Assembly: GCF_055900595.2 (NCBI RefSeq)
Contig: NZ_CM148325.1
Direction: 5' to 3' (one strand)
DNA length: 64,000 nucleotides
Part shown: positions 14,850 to 25,940 of the stretch, in pieces
Position numbering within the stretch: the stretch's first letter is position 1
How the letters are laid out: every line of letters begins with the position of its first letter
The notes under the pieces: model-generated
What the model saw: only the letters and a program-made list of their open reading frames with translations
Told to the model about the DNA's origin: nothing
Databases searched by the model: none
Made by a program: the position numbers and the translations under genes

Positions 14850-16259
14850 ATGTCCGCTGAACACGTACTGACGATGCTGAACGAGCACGAAGTGAAGTTT
14901 GTTGATTTGCGCTTCACCGATACCAAAGGTAAAGAACAGCACGTCACTATCCCTGCTCATCAGGTGAATGCTGAATTCTTCGAAGAAGGCAAAATGTTTG
15001 ACGGCTCCTCGATTGGCGGCTGGAAAGGCATTAACGAATCCGACATGGTGCTGATGCCAGACGCATCCACCGCAGTGATTGACCCGTTCTTCGCGGACTC
15101 TACCCTGATTATCCGTTGCGATATCCTTGAACCAGGCACCCTGCAAGGCTATGACCGTGACCCGCGTTCCATCGCGAAGCGCGCTGAAGATTACCTGCGT
15201 TCTACTGGCATTGCCGACACCGTACTGTTCGGGCCAGAACCTGAATTCTTCCTGTTCGATGACATCCGTTTCGGCGCGTCTATCTCCGGTTCTCATGTTG
15301 CCATCGACGATATCGAAGGTGCATGGAACTCCTCCACCAAATATGAAGGTGGTAACAAAGGTCACCGTCCGGCAGTGAAAGGCGGTTACTTCCCGGTTCC
15401 GCCGGTAGACTCTGCTCAGGATATCCGTTCTGAAATGTGTCTGGTGATGGAACAGATGGGACTGGTAGTTGAAGCCCATCACCACGAAGTAGCGACTGCT
15501 GGTCAGAACGAAGTGGCTACCCGCTTCAATACCATGACCAAAAAAGCTGACGAAATTCAGATCTACAAATATGTTGTGCACAACGTAGCACACCGCTTCG
15601 GTAAAACCGCGACCTTTATGCCAAAACCGATGTTCGGTGATAACGGCTCCGGTATGCACTGCCACATGTCACTGTCTAAAAACGGCGTCAACCTGTTCGC
15701 TGGCGACAAATATGCAGGTCTGTCTGAGCAGGCGTTGTACTACATTGGCGGCGTAATCAAACACGCTAAAGCAATTAACGCCCTGGCAAACCCGACCACC
15801 AACTCTTACAAGCGTCTGGTCCCGGGCTACGAAGCACCGGTAATGCTGGCTTACTCTGCGCGCAACCGTTCTGCGTCTATCCGTATTCCAGTGGTTTCTT
15901 CTCCGAAAGCACGTCGTATCGAAGTCCGTTTCCCGGACCCAGCGGCTAACCCGTACCTGTGCTTTGCTGCCCTGCTGATGGCCGGTCTTGATGGTATCAA
16001 GAACAAGATCCACCCAGGCGAAGCCATGGACAAAAACCTGTATGACCTGCCGCCAGAAGAAGCGAAAGAGATCCCACAGGTTGCAGGCTCTCTGGAAGAA
16101 GCACTGAACGAACTGGATCTGGACCGCGAGTTCCTGAAAGCCGGTGGCGTGTTCACTGACGAAGCCATTGATGCGTACATCGCTCTGCGTCGCGAAGAAA
16201 ATGACCGCGTGCGTATGACTCCGCATCCGGTAGAGTTTGAGCTGTACTACAGCGTCTAA
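14850..16259 (+). CDS. glnA: glutamine synthetase type I
   Basis: 469-aa ORF starting [31 protein letters not shown] with a GGAG RBS. The adenylylation-site region NLYDLPPEE is present. Confidence 0.98.
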   Translation: MSAEHVLTMLNEHEVKFVDLRFTDTKGKEQHVTIPAHQVNAEFFEEGKMFDGSSIGGWKGINESDMVLMPDASTAVIDPFFADSTLIIRCDILEPGTLQGYDRDPRSIAKRAEDYLRSTGIADTVLFGPEPEFFLFDDIRFGASISGSHVAIDDIEGAWNSSTKYEGGNKGHRPAVKGGYFPVPPVDSAQDIRSEMCLVMEQMGLVVEAHHHEVATAGQNEVATRFNTMTKKADEIQIYKYVVHNVAHRFGKTATFMPKPMFGDNGSGMHCHMSLSKNGVNLFAGDKYAGLSEQALYYIGGVIKHAKAINALANPTTNSYKRLVPGYEAPVMLAYSARNRSASIRIPVVSSPKARRIEVRFPDPAANPYLCFAALLMAGLDGIKNKIHPGEAMDKNLYDLPPEEAKEIPQVAGSLEEALNELDLDREFLKAGGVFTDEAIDAYIALRREENDRVRMTPHPVEFELYYSV

Positions 16260-16346
16260 TAGTTGAAGTTGTACTACCCGGTGCTAAGAAGGCCGGGATT
16301 TAGTTGCCGTGGAAACTTTCAGCCCATCTCTGCATGGGCTTTTTTC
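16260..16346 (+). ncRNA. glnZ: glnA 3'UTR, the expected source of the 3'UTR-derived sRNA GlnZ; boundaries approximate
   Basis: This segment runs from the glnA stop to the intrinsic terminator at 16321-16346. GlnZ is described in enterobacteria as processed from this 3'UTR. The 5' end cannot be determined from sequence alone. Confidence 0.4.
16321..16346 (+). terminator. rho-independent terminator after glnA
   Basis: AGCCCAT (16321-16327), loop CTCTGC, ATGGGCT (16334-16340), followed by T5. Confidence 0.8.
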
Positions 16347-16390
16347 TCCGTAACTTCTTTGATGCTTCGCGCTTTTTATCCGTAAAAAGC

Positions 16391-16412
16391 TATAATGCAC
16401 TAAAATGGTGCA
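16391..16412 (+). promoter_or_regulatory. glnLp: -10 TATAAT overlapped by an NtrC operator
   Basis: TATAAT at 16391-16396 is immediately followed or overlapped by the dyad TGCACTAAAATGGTGCA (16396-12). It lies about 25 nt upstream of the glnL ATG region. Confidence 0.7.
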
Positions 16413-16433
16413 ACCTGTTCAGGAGACTGCTTT

Positions 16434-17483
16434 ATGGCAACAGGCACGCAGCCCGATGCTGGGCAGATCCTCAACTCGCTGATTAACAGTATTTTGTTAA
16501 TTGATGACAACCTGGCGATCCATTACGCCAACCCCGCCGCACAACAACTGCTCGCTCAAAGCTCCCGCAAATTGTTTGGTACACCGTTACCGGAACTGTT
16601 GAGCTACTTCTCATTAAATATCGAGCTGATGCAAGAAAGTCTTGAGGCGGGGCAAGGTTTTACCGATAACGAAGTGACGCTGGTCATCGACGGGCGCTCG
16701 CATATCCTTTCTGTGACGGCCCAGCGTATGCCGGACGGCATGATCCTGCTGGAGATGGCACCGATGGATAACCAGCGCCGCTTAAGTCAGGAACAGCTAC
16801 AGCACGCCCAGCAGGTTGCTGCCCGTGATTTAGTGCGCGGCCTGGCGCATGAGATTAAAAATCCGCTTGGCGGTTTACGTGGCGCGGCCCAGTTGCTCAG
16901 CAAAGCATTACCTGACCCGTCACTGCTCGAATATACCAAAGTGATTATCGAACAGGCGGACCGGCTGCGAAATCTGGTCGACCGTCTGTTGGGGCCGCAG
17001 CTGCCTGGTACGCGCGTTACCGAAAGTATTCACAAAGTGGCTGAACGCGTGGTGACGTTGGTGTCGATGGAACTGCCGGACAACGTGCGGTTGATTCGTG
17101 ATTACGACCCCAGCCTGCCGGAACTGGCGCACGACCCGGATCAAATTGAACAGGTATTGCTGAATATTGTGCGCAATGCACTTCAGGCGCTGGGGCCGGA
17201 AGGTGGTGAAATCATTCTGCGTACCCGCACCGCGTTTCAACTGACTTTACACGGCGAGCGCTATCGGCTGGCGGCGCGGATTGATGTGGAAGATAACGGG
17301 CCAGGCATTCCGCCTCATTTGCAGGATACGCTGTTTTACCCGATGGTCAGCGGCCGCGAAGGTGGCACCGGGCTTGGCTTATCCATCGCCCGTAATTTGA
17401 TTGATCAGCATTCAGGCAAAATTGAATTTACCAGTTGGCCAGGTCATACCGAGTTCTCGGTTTACCTGCCTATCAGGAAATAA
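16434..17483 (+). CDS. glnL: nitrogen regulation sensor histidine kinase NtrB (NRII)
   Basis: 349-aa ORF with H-box [11 protein letters not shown], an N-terminal PAS-like region and an ATPase G-box GTGLGLSIA. Confidence 0.97.
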
Positions 17484-17494
17484 AGGTGACGTTT

Positions 17495-18904
17495 ATGCAA
17501 CGAGGGATAGTCTGGGTAGTCGATGACGATAGTTCCATCCGTTGGGTGCTTGAACGTGCGCTCGCTGGAGCAGGTTTAACCTGTACGACGTTTGAGAACG
17601 GCGCGGAAGTGCTGGAGGCGCTGGCGAGCAAAACACCGGATGTACTGCTGTCGGATATCCGTATGCCGGGAATGGACGGGCTTGCGCTGCTCAAGCAGAT
17701 TAAACAGCGCCATCCGATGCTTCCGGTCATCATTATGACCGCACATTCCGATCTGGATGCTGCCGTCAGCGCCTATCAACAAGGGGCGTTTGATTATCTG
17801 CCTAAACCATTTGATATCGACGAAGCCGTGGCGCTGGTTGAGCGCGCCATCAGCCATTATCAGGAACAGCAGCAACCGCGTAATGTTCAGCTTAACGGCC
17901 CGACGACCGATATCATCGGCGAAGCGCCAGCCATGCAGGACGTGTTCCGGATTATCGGTCGGCTTTCACGTTCTTCTATTAGTGTGCTGATTAACGGCGA
18001 GTCCGGTACCGGTAAAGAATTGGTCGCTCATGCCCTGCATCGCCACAGTCCGCGAGCCAAAGCGCCGTTTATCGCGCTGAATATGGCGGCTATCCCGAAG
18101 GATTTGATCGAATCAGAACTGTTCGGTCACGAGAAAGGCGCGTTTACCGGCGCGAATACCATTCGTCAGGGGCGTTTTGAACAGGCCGATGGCGGCACGT
18201 TATTCCTCGATGAAATTGGCGATATGCCGCTCGATGTACAGACGCGTTTGCTGCGCGTGCTGGCAGACGGTCAGTTTTATCGCGTTGGCGGTTATGCGCC
18301 GGTGAAAGTGGATGTGCGGATTATCGCTGCGACCCACCAGAATCTCGAACAGCGGGTACAGGAAGGCAAGTTCCGTGAGGATTTGTTCCACCGCCTGAAC
18401 GTTATCCGCGTTCATCTGCCGCCATTGCGCGAGCGTCGGGAAGATATTCCCCGTCTGGCACGCCATTTTTTACAGGTTGCCGCGCGCGAACTGGGCGTAG
18501 AAGCGAAGTTGCTGCATCCGGAAACCGAAGCCGCGCTGACGCGTCTGGCATGGCCGGGTAACGTGCGCCAGCTGGAAAACACCTGCCGCTGGCTAACGGT
18601 GATGGCCGCCGGGCAGGAAGTGTTGATTCAGGATTTGCCAGGCGAACTGTTTGAATCAACCGTAGCGGAAAGCCCTTCGCAATTACAGCCGGACAGTTGG
18701 GCAACGCTGTTAGCGCAGTGGGCAGACAGAGCGCTACGTTCCGGTCATCAAAACCTGCTTTCCGAAGCGCAGCCTGAGCTTGAGCGGACATTACTGACAA
18801 CCGCGTTGCGACATACGCAGGGGCATAAACAGGAAGCGGCGCGGCTACTCGGCTGGGGGCGTAACACACTGACGCGGAAGTTAAAAGAGCTGGGGATGGA
18901 GTGA
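17495..18904 (+). CDS. glnG: nitrogen regulation response regulator NtrC (NRI), a sigma54 enhancer-binding protein
   Basis: The start is set at ATG 17495 ([18 protein letters not shown]), giving 469 aa; the track ORF extends 20 codons upstream into glnL. It has a receiver domain, an AAA+ domain with GESGTGKE and GAFTGA motifs, and a C-terminal HTH. Confidence 0.97.
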   Translation: MQRGIVWVVDDDSSIRWVLERALAGAGLTCTTFENGAEVLEALASKTPDVLLSDIRMPGMDGLALLKQIKQRHPMLPVIIMTAHSDLDAAVSAYQQGAFDYLPKPFDIDEAVALVERAISHYQEQQQPRNVQLNGPTTDIIGEAPAMQDVFRIIGRLSRSSISVLINGESGTGKELVAHALHRHSPRAKAPFIALNMAAIPKDLIESELFGHEKGAFTGANTIRQGRFEQADGGTLFLDEIGDMPLDVQTRLLRVLADGQFYRVGGYAPVKVDVRIIAATHQNLEQRVQEGKFREDLFHRLNVIRVHLPPLRERREDIPRLARHFLQVAARELGVEAKLLHPETEAALTRLAWPGNVRQLENTCRWLTVMAAGQEVLIQDLPGELFESTVAESPSQLQPDSWATLLAQWADRALRSGHQNLLSEAQPELERTLLTTALRHTQGHKQEAARLLGWGRNTLTRKLKELGME

Positions 18905-18944
18905 TTCACGGCTTGTGTGTAAAGATTGATTATTGAGCGCAAAT

Positions 18945-18975
18945 TGCTGGTATTTTGCGCTTTACTGTTCCGATA
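18945..18975 (+). terminator. probable terminator of glnALG
   Basis: AGCGCAAA (18946-18953) pairs with TTTGCGCT (18964-18971), followed by TTTACTGTT. Confidence 0.5.
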
Positions 18976-19015
18976 AGTTCAGTATGATCTTGCCCGGAAA
19001 ACGGGGAGAGTCATT

Positions 19016-19126
19016 ATGCTGGAATCAATAATTAATCTCGTATCGAGTGGCGCAGTTGACAGCCACACACCACAAACTGCTGTTGCTGCTGTTCTGTGTG
19101 CCGCGATGATTGGGCTGTTTAGCTGA
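19016..19126 (+). CDS. yshB: small 36-aa hydrophobic protein YshB
   Basis: ATG at 19016 follows a GGGGAGAG RBS and encodes MLESIINLVSSGAVDSHTPQTAVAAVLCAAMIGLFS*. This matches the small protein I recall between glnG and hemN in K-12. It is below the ORF-track length cutoff. Confidence 0.75.
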   Translation: MLESIINLVSSGAVDSHTPQTAVAAVLCAAMIGLFS

Positions 19127-19140
19127 AGCTCGTTGTTTAT

Positions 19141-19243
19141 GCCGGATGCGGAGAAAGTCGTAGGCCTGATAAGACGCGACCAGCGTCGCATCAGGCATCA
19201 TGCTCAGATGCCGGATGCAGCGTAAACGCCTTATCCGGCCTAC
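19141..19243. repeat. BIME (cluster of three REP units)
   Basis: GCCGGATGCGG..., GCCTGATAAGACGCGACCAGCGTCGCATCAGGC and GCCGGATGCAGCGTAAACGCCTTATCCGGCCTAC occur in alternating orientation. Confidence 0.85.
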
Positions 19244-19308
19244 AAAAGCAATAATTTCAACAGGTTTTCTTAACCAGCGCATCAAGCAATCTTGTTCTCA
19301 GCACATTG

Positions 19309-19347
19309 ATGGCGCTTTCGTTTTCTACTTTGTAAACGAAGCGCCAT
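19309..19347 (-). terminator. hairpin just downstream of hemN; possible terminator
   Basis: ATGGCGCTTTCGTTT (19309-19323) pairs with AAACGAAGCGCCAT (19334-19347) with one bulge. There is no clear U-tract, so confidence is low. Confidence 0.35.
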
Positions 19348-19354
19348 TCACCAT

Positions 19355-20728
19355 TTAAATCACCCGTGAGAACTGCTGCATCCGCGCTTTCTGGCGCAGA
19401 TAGGTATCAAAGCACATGCAAATGTTGCGGATCAGCAGGCGACCTTTCGCCGTTACCTGAATCCCCTTCTCATCCACATCCACCAGCCCATCTTTTGCTA
19501 ACGGGGCGAGCAGCTTGAGATCTTCTGCAAAGTAGTCAGCGAAGAGCAAATCCCACTGTTGCTCAATAGGGGCGTAATCCAGACGGAAGTTGCAGATGAG
19601 CGACTTAATCACATCGCGGCGAATACAGTCATCACGCGTTAGCGCAATACCACGCCACAGCGCATTGCCTTGTTCATCCACTTGCTGATAGTACTGCTTC
19701 AACTCTTTCTGGTTCTGCGCGTAGCAGTCGCCAATCATGCTGATGGCGGAAACGCCCATCCCCAGCAGATCGGTATCGCCCTGAGTGGTGTAGCCCTGGA
19801 AGTTACGATGCAGCACGCCTTCACGCTGGGCCACCGCCAGCTCGTCATCCGGACGGGCAAAGTGATCCATACCGATAAACTGATAGCCCGATTGTGTCAG
19901 GAAGGCGATGGTTTCCTGCAGGATATCGAGTTTTTGCTGCGGACTCGGCAGGTCAGCATCTTTGATTTTACGCTGAGCAGCAAAAATGGTCGGCAAATGC
20001 GCGTAGTTAAAGACACTCAGGCGATCGGGGTTAAGTTCCGCCACGCGTTTCAGGGTAAAGGCGAAACTCTCCGGCGTTTGTTTCGGCAGGCCGTAAATCA
20101 GGTCGATGTTGGTGGAGGTAAAGCCAATCTCACGCGCATGGTTAAGCAGTGCAAAGATGAACTCTTCATCCTGCTCGCGGTTAACCAGACGTTGCACTTC
20201 TTTGTTGAAGTCCTGCACGCCCATGCTCAGGCGATTAAAGCCTTCGGCGCGTAAATGATCGAGTACATCCAGTTCGATTTCCCGCGGATCGACTTCGATC
20301 GAGATCTCCGCATCGGCATTGAACTGGAAGTTTTCGCGCAGCAGCTTCATCAGACGGCTGATTTGCGCTTTATTCAGATACGTCGGCGTTCCTCCGCCCC
20401 AGTGCAATTGGCTGACGTGACGCCCGGCGAACAGCGGTGCACGATGGACGATTTCTTGCTCCAGCGCGTCCAGATACTGATCGGCCTTGTGCTGCTGGCG
20501 AGTAACAATCTTATTGCAACCGCAGAAGTAACAAAGCTTATGGCAGAACGGGATATGTACGTAGAGAGATAATGGACGCTCAGGATAGCGCGCCACGGCT
20601 TGTAAAAACGCCTGTTCGCCGAAGTCTTCTGAAAACTCCAGCGCGGTTGGGTACGAGGTGTATCGTGGCCCGGAATAGTTATATTTCTGGATCAGGGCCA
20701 GATCCCAGTCGATTTGCTGTACAGACAT
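19355..20728 (-). CDS. hemN: oxygen-independent coproporphyrinogen III dehydrogenase (radical SAM)
   Basis: The start is set at ATG 20728 (MSVQQIDWDLALIQKYNYSGPRY) with a GGAG 5 nt upstream, giving 457 aa; the track adds 2 codons from a GTG. It has the CX3CX2C motif FCHKLCYFC. Confidence 0.97.
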   Translation of the reverse strand: MSVQQIDWDLALIQKYNYSGPRYTSYPTALEFSEDFGEQAFLQAVARYPERPLSLYVHIPFCHKLCYFCGCNKIVTRQQHKADQYLDALEQEIVHRAPLFAGRHVSQLHWGGGTPTYLNKAQISRLMKLLRENFQFNADAEISIEVDPREIELDVLDHLRAEGFNRLSMGVQDFNKEVQRLVNREQDEEFIFALLNHAREIGFTSTNIDLIYGLPKQTPESFAFTLKRVAELNPDRLSVFNYAHLPTIFAAQRKIKDADLPSPQQKLDILQETIAFLTQSGYQFIGMDHFARPDDELAVAQREGVLHRNFQGYTTQGDTDLLGMGVSAISMIGDCYAQNQKELKQYYQQVDEQGNALWRGIALTRDDCIRRDVIKSLICNFRLDYAPIEQQWDLLFADYFAEDLKLLAPLAKDGLVDVDEKGIQVTAKGRLLIRNICMCFDTYLRQKARMQQFSRVI

Positions 20729-20916
20729 GCTCACTCCTTCCGATGGCGTCTCTGGCGGCTACGGCGTACCGGCGGATGCCCGTTTCGGGTCATCAACCGG
20801 TTGCGCAGCCACTTTTGTCGCCGCGACAACCGCTGTAGTTTAACGAATAACCACACCAGATAACATATAACCGGAAGGGTTATCAGCAGAACGGGAAGGC
20901 CCACGGCGGCAATCCG

Positions 20917-21426
20917 TTAGTTGCCCCGCAGCAGACGCATCATGTCTTCTTGCTTCTCGTCTTCTTCCTCTTCTTCGTCATCGTCATAAGAGAGGCCGAG
21001 TTTCTGCATCAACTCATCAATACGATCCAGTTTGGCATCCACCCAGGATTGCTCTTCGGCGCTCAGGGTTTCGCCTGCCTCCAGACGTTCCAGCAGCGCA
21101 TCCAGACGCTCATCCGTTTCCAGTAACTCCAACTCCGCCTGCGGTGAAAGCATAGGTTTCTCACTCTTCGGTTTGTGCTGTTTGGTGACTTTTTCAGTCA
21201 CGCCCAATGGAATAGGGGTTTTACTGCCAATACGTGGATCTTTCGGTGCGTTCTGGCCTTTGCTGCCTGACGTGGTGTTACCGCCCGCTGCGCGGCTGCC
21301 CGGCGCATGACCACGACGTTTTTTCTGACGCTTACGGTCACGAGCTTCCTGATCCAGCTCCTCGCGTGTTTTTCGACGCGCTTTTGCATGACCTTTGCTG
21401 CGTGAGTTTGAAGATGATGGTTTCAT
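20917..21426 (-). CDS. yihI: Der GTPase-activating protein YihI
   Basis: The start is set at ATG 21426 ([40 protein letters not shown]), giving 169 aa. It has a highly basic N-terminus and an acidic C-terminus. Confidence 0.93.
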   Translation of the reverse strand: MKPSSSNSRSKGHAKARRKTREELDQEARDRKRQKKRRGHAPGSRAAGGNTTSGSKGQNAPKDPRIGSKTPIPLGVTEKVTKQHKPKSEKPMLSPQAELELLETDERLDALLERLEAGETLSAEEQSWVDAKLDRIDELMQKLGLSYDDDEEEEEDEKQEDMMRLLRGN

Positions 21427-21492
21427 AATGGTTCGTCTTTTAGCCGTTTTATTCAGTATAGATTTGCGGCGGAATCTAACAGAAAGCAAGCA

Positions 21493-21737
21493 AAGAAAAA
21501 AGGCGACAGATTACTCTGTCGCCTTTTTTCCTGACTCATAACCCTTAACGGGTCTTACAATCCTTGCAGGCCGCCAACACACCCTGTTTTTCCATTAGCC
21601 GGAACAATCCGTGTTGATTCCATTTCCGTTTAATTACGTCTCCGGACGTTTGTCTTCCTGACAATCCTCTGTCTTCGCCTCCTGGCGCTCCTGACCCTCA
21701 TCCTGAGTCATTGTTCCTGTTAGCGTCCTCGCTCTAT
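21493..21737 (-). ncRNA. csrC: CsrC, a CsrA-sequestering sRNA
   Basis: The minus strand reads ATAGAGCGAGGACGCTAACAGGAACAATGACTCAGGATGAGGGTCAGGAGCGCCAGGAGG... with many GGA motifs. It ends in the terminator GGCGACAGAGTAATCTGTCGCC followed by T6. It lies between yihI and engB as in K-12. Confidence 0.9.
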
Positions 21738-22007
21738 GGGTGCTACTTTACGCCTTTGCTTTAAACAAACAATCAACCGCCATCAGTATTTGCACATTTT
21801 CAGAGTTTTATATAAAAGCAATTAACTGATTTATATAGCTTATTTGACATGCATCGCAGAATTTTCTCTGCTATTTCGCATAAAGACTATCGGCAATGTC
21901 TCACAAAGCGTATGGCTTTTACTTACAACGCTCACGCCGAAAAATCCGCCTTTTATTATGGTTCAGGTATAATCACCGCAAAGCTTTGACTGACGGAGAC
22001 GACCGCT

Positions 22008-22640
22008 TTGACTAATTTGAATTATCAACAGACGCATTTTGTGATGAGTGCGCCTGATATTCGCCACCTACCTTCCGATACCGGAATTGAAGTGGCTTTT
22101 GCAGGCCGTTCCAACGCAGGTAAATCCAGCGCGCTGAACACGCTGACTAACCAGAAAAGCCTGGCGCGGACCTCAAAAACCCCAGGGCGCACCCAGCTTA
22201 TCAACCTGTTTGAAGTGGCTGACGGCAAGCGTCTGGTTGACCTGCCCGGCTATGGCTACGCGGAAGTCCCGGAAGAGATGAAGCGCAAATGGCAACGCGC
22301 GCTCGGCGAGTACCTCGAAAAACGTCAGAGCCTGCAAGGCCTGGTGGTACTCATGGATATTCGCCATCCGCTGAAAGATTTGGATCAGCAGATGATTGAG
22401 TGGGCGGTAGACAGTAATATCGCCGTACTGGTGCTGCTGACCAAAGCGGACAAACTGGCAAGCGGCGCACGTAAAGCACAATTGAATATGGTGCGTGAAG
22501 CAGTGCTGGCGTTTAACGGTGATGTGCAGGTTGAAACGTTCTCTTCGCTGAAGAAGCAAGGCGTGGACAAGCTGCGGCAGAAACTGGATACCTGGTTTAG
22601 CGAGATGCAGCCTGTAAAAGAAACGCAGGACGGCGAATAA
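22008..22640 (+). CDS. engB: ribosome biogenesis GTPase EngB/YihA
   Basis: 210-aa ORF with a TTG start after a GGAG RBS, beginning [22 protein letters not shown] motifs [15 protein letters not shown] and TKADK are present. Confidence 0.95.
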   Translation: MTNLNYQQTHFVMSAPDIRHLPSDTGIEVAFAGRSNAGKSSALNTLTNQKSLARTSKTPGRTQLINLFEVADGKRLVDLPGYGYAEVPEEMKRKWQRALGEYLEKRQSLQGLVVLMDIRHPLKDLDQQMIEWAVDSNIAVLVLLTKADKLASGARKAQLNMVREAVLAFNGDVQVETFSSLKKQGVDKLRQKLDTWFSEMQPVKETQDGE

Positions 22641-22661
22641 TTTTCTTGCCTTAATGCTTGT

Positions 22662-22740
22662 GCCGGATGTGGCGTATCCGGCCCGTAAATTCAATAGATT
22701 ACACTTCTACCGTTGGCCTGATAATCAGTGCGCATCAGGC
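22662..22740. repeat. two REP-like palindromes downstream of engB
   Basis: GCCGGATGTGGCGTATCCGGC (22662-22682) and GCCTGATAATCAGTGCGCATCAGGC (22716-22740). Confidence 0.6.
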
Positions 22741-22765
22741 ATTACGGATCTTTTCTTTCGCCCAA

Positions 22766-22874
22766 TAAAAAACGCCCCAGTCATTACTGACTGGGGCGGC
22801 TAAAATATTCAGCCAAATCCGATTACGTGAAGTAAAAGGTCTGAAAGATAGAACATCTTACCTCTGTACCCTAC
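22766..22874 (-). ncRNA. spf: Spot 42 sRNA
   Basis: The minus strand reads GTAGGGTACAGAGGTAAGATGTTCTATCTTTCAGACCTTTTACTTCACGTAATCGGATTTGGCTGAATATTTTAGCCGCCCCAGTCAGTAATGACTGGGGCGTTTTTTATT. This is the 109-nt Spot 42 sequence with its terminator, located between polA and engB. Confidence 0.95.
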
Positions 22875-23021
22875 GCGACTAACTTTACTCTTTTTTGTTC
22901 AGTTCAGAAAGCATTTTTTGTAATTTTTTTTCAGTTGTTGCATAGGAATTTCTAATAGCCATCACAAAACGTGACAGCTTATGTTGCTTACTTACGAAAA
23001 AAGGGCATGTTCAGGCGAATC

Positions 23022-25808
23022 TTAGTGCGCCTGATCCCAGTTTTCGCCACTCCCCACTTCCACCAGCAACGGCACATCCAGACGGGTACAGTTTTCCATC
23101 AGTTGATGAATCTGCTTCGCGACGGCATCGACATCATCTTTATGAACTTCAAATACCAGTTCATCGTGTACCTGCATAATCATACGCACACGCGGTTGCT
23201 CAGCTTGTAACCACGCATCAACGGCAATCATCGCTCGTTTGATAATGTCGGCGGCGGTTCCCTGCATTGGCGCGTTAATGGCTGCACGTTCAGCCGCTGC
23301 ACGACGAGCACCATTGCTGGATTTGATATCCGGCAGATACAGACGGCGTCCGTCCAGCGTTTCAACGTAGCCCTGTTCTTTCGCCTGCGCACGGGTGCGC
23401 TCCATATACTCCAGCACGCCTGGGTAGCGTTCGAAGTAAAGGTCCATGTACTTCTGCGCTTCTTTACGTGGAATGTTCAATTGTCGCGCCAGACCGAAAG
23501 CACTCATGCCATAAATCAGACCAAAGTTGATCGCTTTCGCGCTACGACGTTGCTCGCTGGTGACGGTTTCCAGTGGCAAACCAAACACTTCTGCCGCCGT
23601 AGCCCGGTGGATATCTTTTCCTTCCGCGAATGCGGTCAGCAAGCCTTTGTCACGCGAGAGATGCGCCATAATGCGCAGTTCAATCTGCGAGTAGTCCGCC
23701 GAGACAATCACATAATCCTCTGGCGCAATAAACGCCTGGCGGATACGACGACCTTCTTCGTTACGCACCGGAATGTTTTGCAGGTTAGGATCGGTTGACG
23801 ATAAACGTCCCGTTGCGGTTACTGCCTGGTGATAAGAGGTATGTACACGCCCGGTTTTCGGGTTGATCATCAGCGGCAGCTTGTCGGTGTAGGTCGATTT
23901 CAGCTTCGCCAGACCACGATACTCCAGAATCACTTTTGGCAACGGATAGTCCAGCGCCAGTTCTTCCAGTACCTCTTCCGACGTTGACGGCGCACCACCC
24001 GGCGTTTTCTTCAGCGGTTTAATGCCCTGTTTTTCAAACAGAATGGTTTGTAACTGCTTGGTGGAAGAAAGGTTAAATTCTTCACCTGCAATTTCATGCG
24101 CTTTCTTTTCCAGCTCAGCCAGACGTAGAGTGAGCTCTTCAGAATGATTATGAAGCACTTTCGGATCGATCTTCACACCGTTACGTTCAATGCGTGAAAG
24201 CACCGGCACCAGCGGCATTTCGATGTTCTCGAAGACGTTCAACGGCCCTTTGTGTTTTTGCAGATCCGGCCACATTTTCAGATGCAGCTGCAAGGTGACA
24301 TCGGCATCTTCGGCTGCGTAACGTCCGGCCTCTTCGAGGGCAATCTGGTTAAAGGTCAGTTGATTTTTGCCTTTACCGGCAATCTCTTCAAAAGTGATGG
24401 TTTTGTGCTTCAACCAACGTTCCGCGAGGCTGTCCATATCGTGACGCCCGGCAACGCTATTGAGAATGTAGGATTCAAGCATGGTATCAAACGCAATCCC
24501 ACGCAGCTCAATGCCGTAATTCGCCAGAATACCGCGATCGTATTTTAGGTTTTGCCCAACCTTCAGCGCCTTTTCATCTTCCAGCAGCGGTTTTAGCAAC
24601 TCGAGTGCACGCCCGCGAGAGATTTGATCGGGCGCATCAAGATAATCATGAGCAACCGGAATATATGCCGCTACGCCTGGCTCGATAGCAAAAGAAAGCC
24701 CGACCAGGTTGGCAGAGATGTTATCGAGGCTGTCGGTTTCGGTATCAAATGCAAATACCGGCGCTTTTTCCAGCTTCGCAATCCACGCTTTCAGTATTTC
24801 TTCATCAAGGATGGTGACGTAGTTGTCATAAGAAATCACCGTTGCCGTCACTTCTGGCGCTTCGTCTGCAACACTGGTTTCCTGCGGCCTGGCTGCGGGT
24901 TTCGCCCCTTTAGCCTGTAACCATTTGCCCGCTTCGACATCAGCAGTCCAGCGTTTGAACTCATACTTTTTGAACAGCCCCAACAACTCTTCCGCCGCCG
25001 GTTGCTGCACTTCCAGTTGTTCACAGGTCAGCTCCAGTTCAACGTCGGTTTTAATCGTCGCCAGCTGGTATGAGAGATAAGCAACTTCTTTGTTTTGCTC
25101 GAGCTTCGCTGCCATTGTTTTCGCGCCACGGAAGCTCAACCCAGCAATTTTTTCTGGCTCGGCATACAGCGTATCCAGCCCGCCAAGACCTTGCAGCAAT
25201 GCCTGCGCGGTTTTTTCACCGACGCCCGGTACGCCAGGGATGTTATCAGAGGAGTCACCCATCAGCGCCAGGAAGTCGATGATCAGTTCTGGCGGCACGC
25301 CGTACTTATTCACCACCTCTTCCGGGCCGAGGATGGTATTCGTCATGGTATTGATAAGCGTAATATTTGGCGTCACCAGCTGCGCCATATCTTTATCGCC
25401 AGTGCTGATCAGCACCGGACGCCCGGCTTTTTCGGCTTCGCGCGCCAGAGTACCGATAACGTCGTCCGCTTCTACGCCAGAAACCGCCAGCAGCGGCAGT
25501 CCCATCGCTTTGACCATCGCGTGCAGAGGTCCGATTTGTGCTCGCAGATCGTCCGGCATTGGCGGGCGATGTGATTTGTAATGTTCAAACAGTTCATCAC
25601 GAAAGGTTTTTCCCTTGGCGTCAAAGACCACCGCTGCATGCGTCGGTTTATATTGCATGATTAGACTGCGCAGCATGTTGAGGACACCATACATCGCACC
25701 GGTCGGCTCGCCTGCGCTGTTAGTCAGCGGGGGAAACGCGTGATATGCGCGATAAAGATAAGATGAACCATCTACAAGGATAAGTGGATTTTGGGGGATC
25801 TGAACCAT
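23022..25808 (-). CDS. polA: DNA polymerase I
   Basis: 928-aa ORF starting [25 protein letters not shown] (5' nuclease domain). It has the 3'-5' exonuclease domain and polymerase motifs DYSQIELR and QVHDELVFE. Confidence 0.98.
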   Translation of the reverse strand: MVQIPQNPLILVDGSSYLYRAYHAFPPLTNSAGEPTGAMYGVLNMLRSLIMQYKPTHAAVVFDAKGKTFRDELFEHYKSHRPPMPDDLRAQIGPLHAMVKAMGLPLLAVSGVEADDVIGTLAREAEKAGRPVLISTGDKDMAQLVTPNITLINTMTNTILGPEEVVNKYGVPPELIIDFLALMGDSSDNIPGVPGVGEKTAQALLQGLGGLDTLYAEPEKIAGLSFRGAKTMAAKLEQNKEVAYLSYQLATIKTDVELELTCEQLEVQQPAAEELLGLFKKYEFKRWTADVEAGKWLQAKGAKPAARPQETSVADEAPEVTATVISYDNYVTILDEEILKAWIAKLEKAPVFAFDTETDSLDNISANLVGLSFAIEPGVAAYIPVAHDYLDAPDQISRGRALELLKPLLEDEKALKVGQNLKYDRGILANYGIELRGIAFDTMLESYILNSVAGRHDMDSLAERWLKHKTITFEEIAGKGKNQLTFNQIALEEAGRYAAEDADVTLQLHLKMWPDLQKHKGPLNVFENIEMPLVPVLSRIERNGVKIDPKVLHNHSEELTLRLAELEKKAHEIAGEEFNLSSTKQLQTILFEKQGIKPLKKTPGGAPSTSEEVLEELALDYPLPKVILEYRGLAKLKSTYTDKLPLMINPKTGRVHTSYHQAVTATGRLSSTDPNLQNIPVRNEEGRRIRQAFIAPEDYVIVSADYSQIELRIMAHLSRDKGLLTAFAEGKDIHRATAAEVFGLPLETVTSEQRRSAKAINFGLIYGMSAFGLARQLNIPRKEAQKYMDLYFERYPGVLEYMERTRAQAKEQGYVETLDGRRLYLPDIKSSNGARRAAAERAAINAPMQGTAADIIKRAMIAVDAWLQAEQPRVRMIMQVHDELVFEVHKDDVDAVAKQIHQLMENCTRLDVPLLVEVGSGENWDQAH

Positions 25809-25931
25809 AATGTCCGTGCCTGTTTATCAGATTATGGGTAAAGGATGCCACAGACAGGATGAAAACATGAGTTTTTCACCGCTTTTCGTGAAAATCTTTT
25901 GTAGATCTTCTGGATCGCTCGCAAATCGTCA

Positions 25932-25940
25932 TGTGGATAA
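25932..25940. promoter_or_regulatory. consensus DnaA box in the polA promoter region
   Basis: TGTGGATAA is the reverse complement of TTATCCACA (9/9). A second near-consensus box, TGTGGATAG, lies at 26073-26081. Confidence 0.6.

Noticed and set aside
19141-19243. Repeated palindromic units here and at 44983-45093 and 60771-60868 as possible CRISPR arrays.
   Set aside because: The units match the REP/BIME consensus (GCCGGATG.../GCCTGATG... palindromes) in alternating orientation. They have no regular repeat-spacer periodicity and no cas genes.
20572-20838. 88-aa ORF spanning the hemN start and the hemN-yihI spacer.
   Set aside because: It overlaps the hemN 5' end on the opposite strand. It has Pro/Arg/Ala-rich composition, no RBS and no known counterpart.
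21032-21428. ORFs antisense to or out of frame with yihI (21032-21310, 21198-21389, 21234-21428).
   Set aside because: The yihI sequence is low-complexity (Lys/Arg/Glu-rich), which generates open alternative frames. None has independent support.
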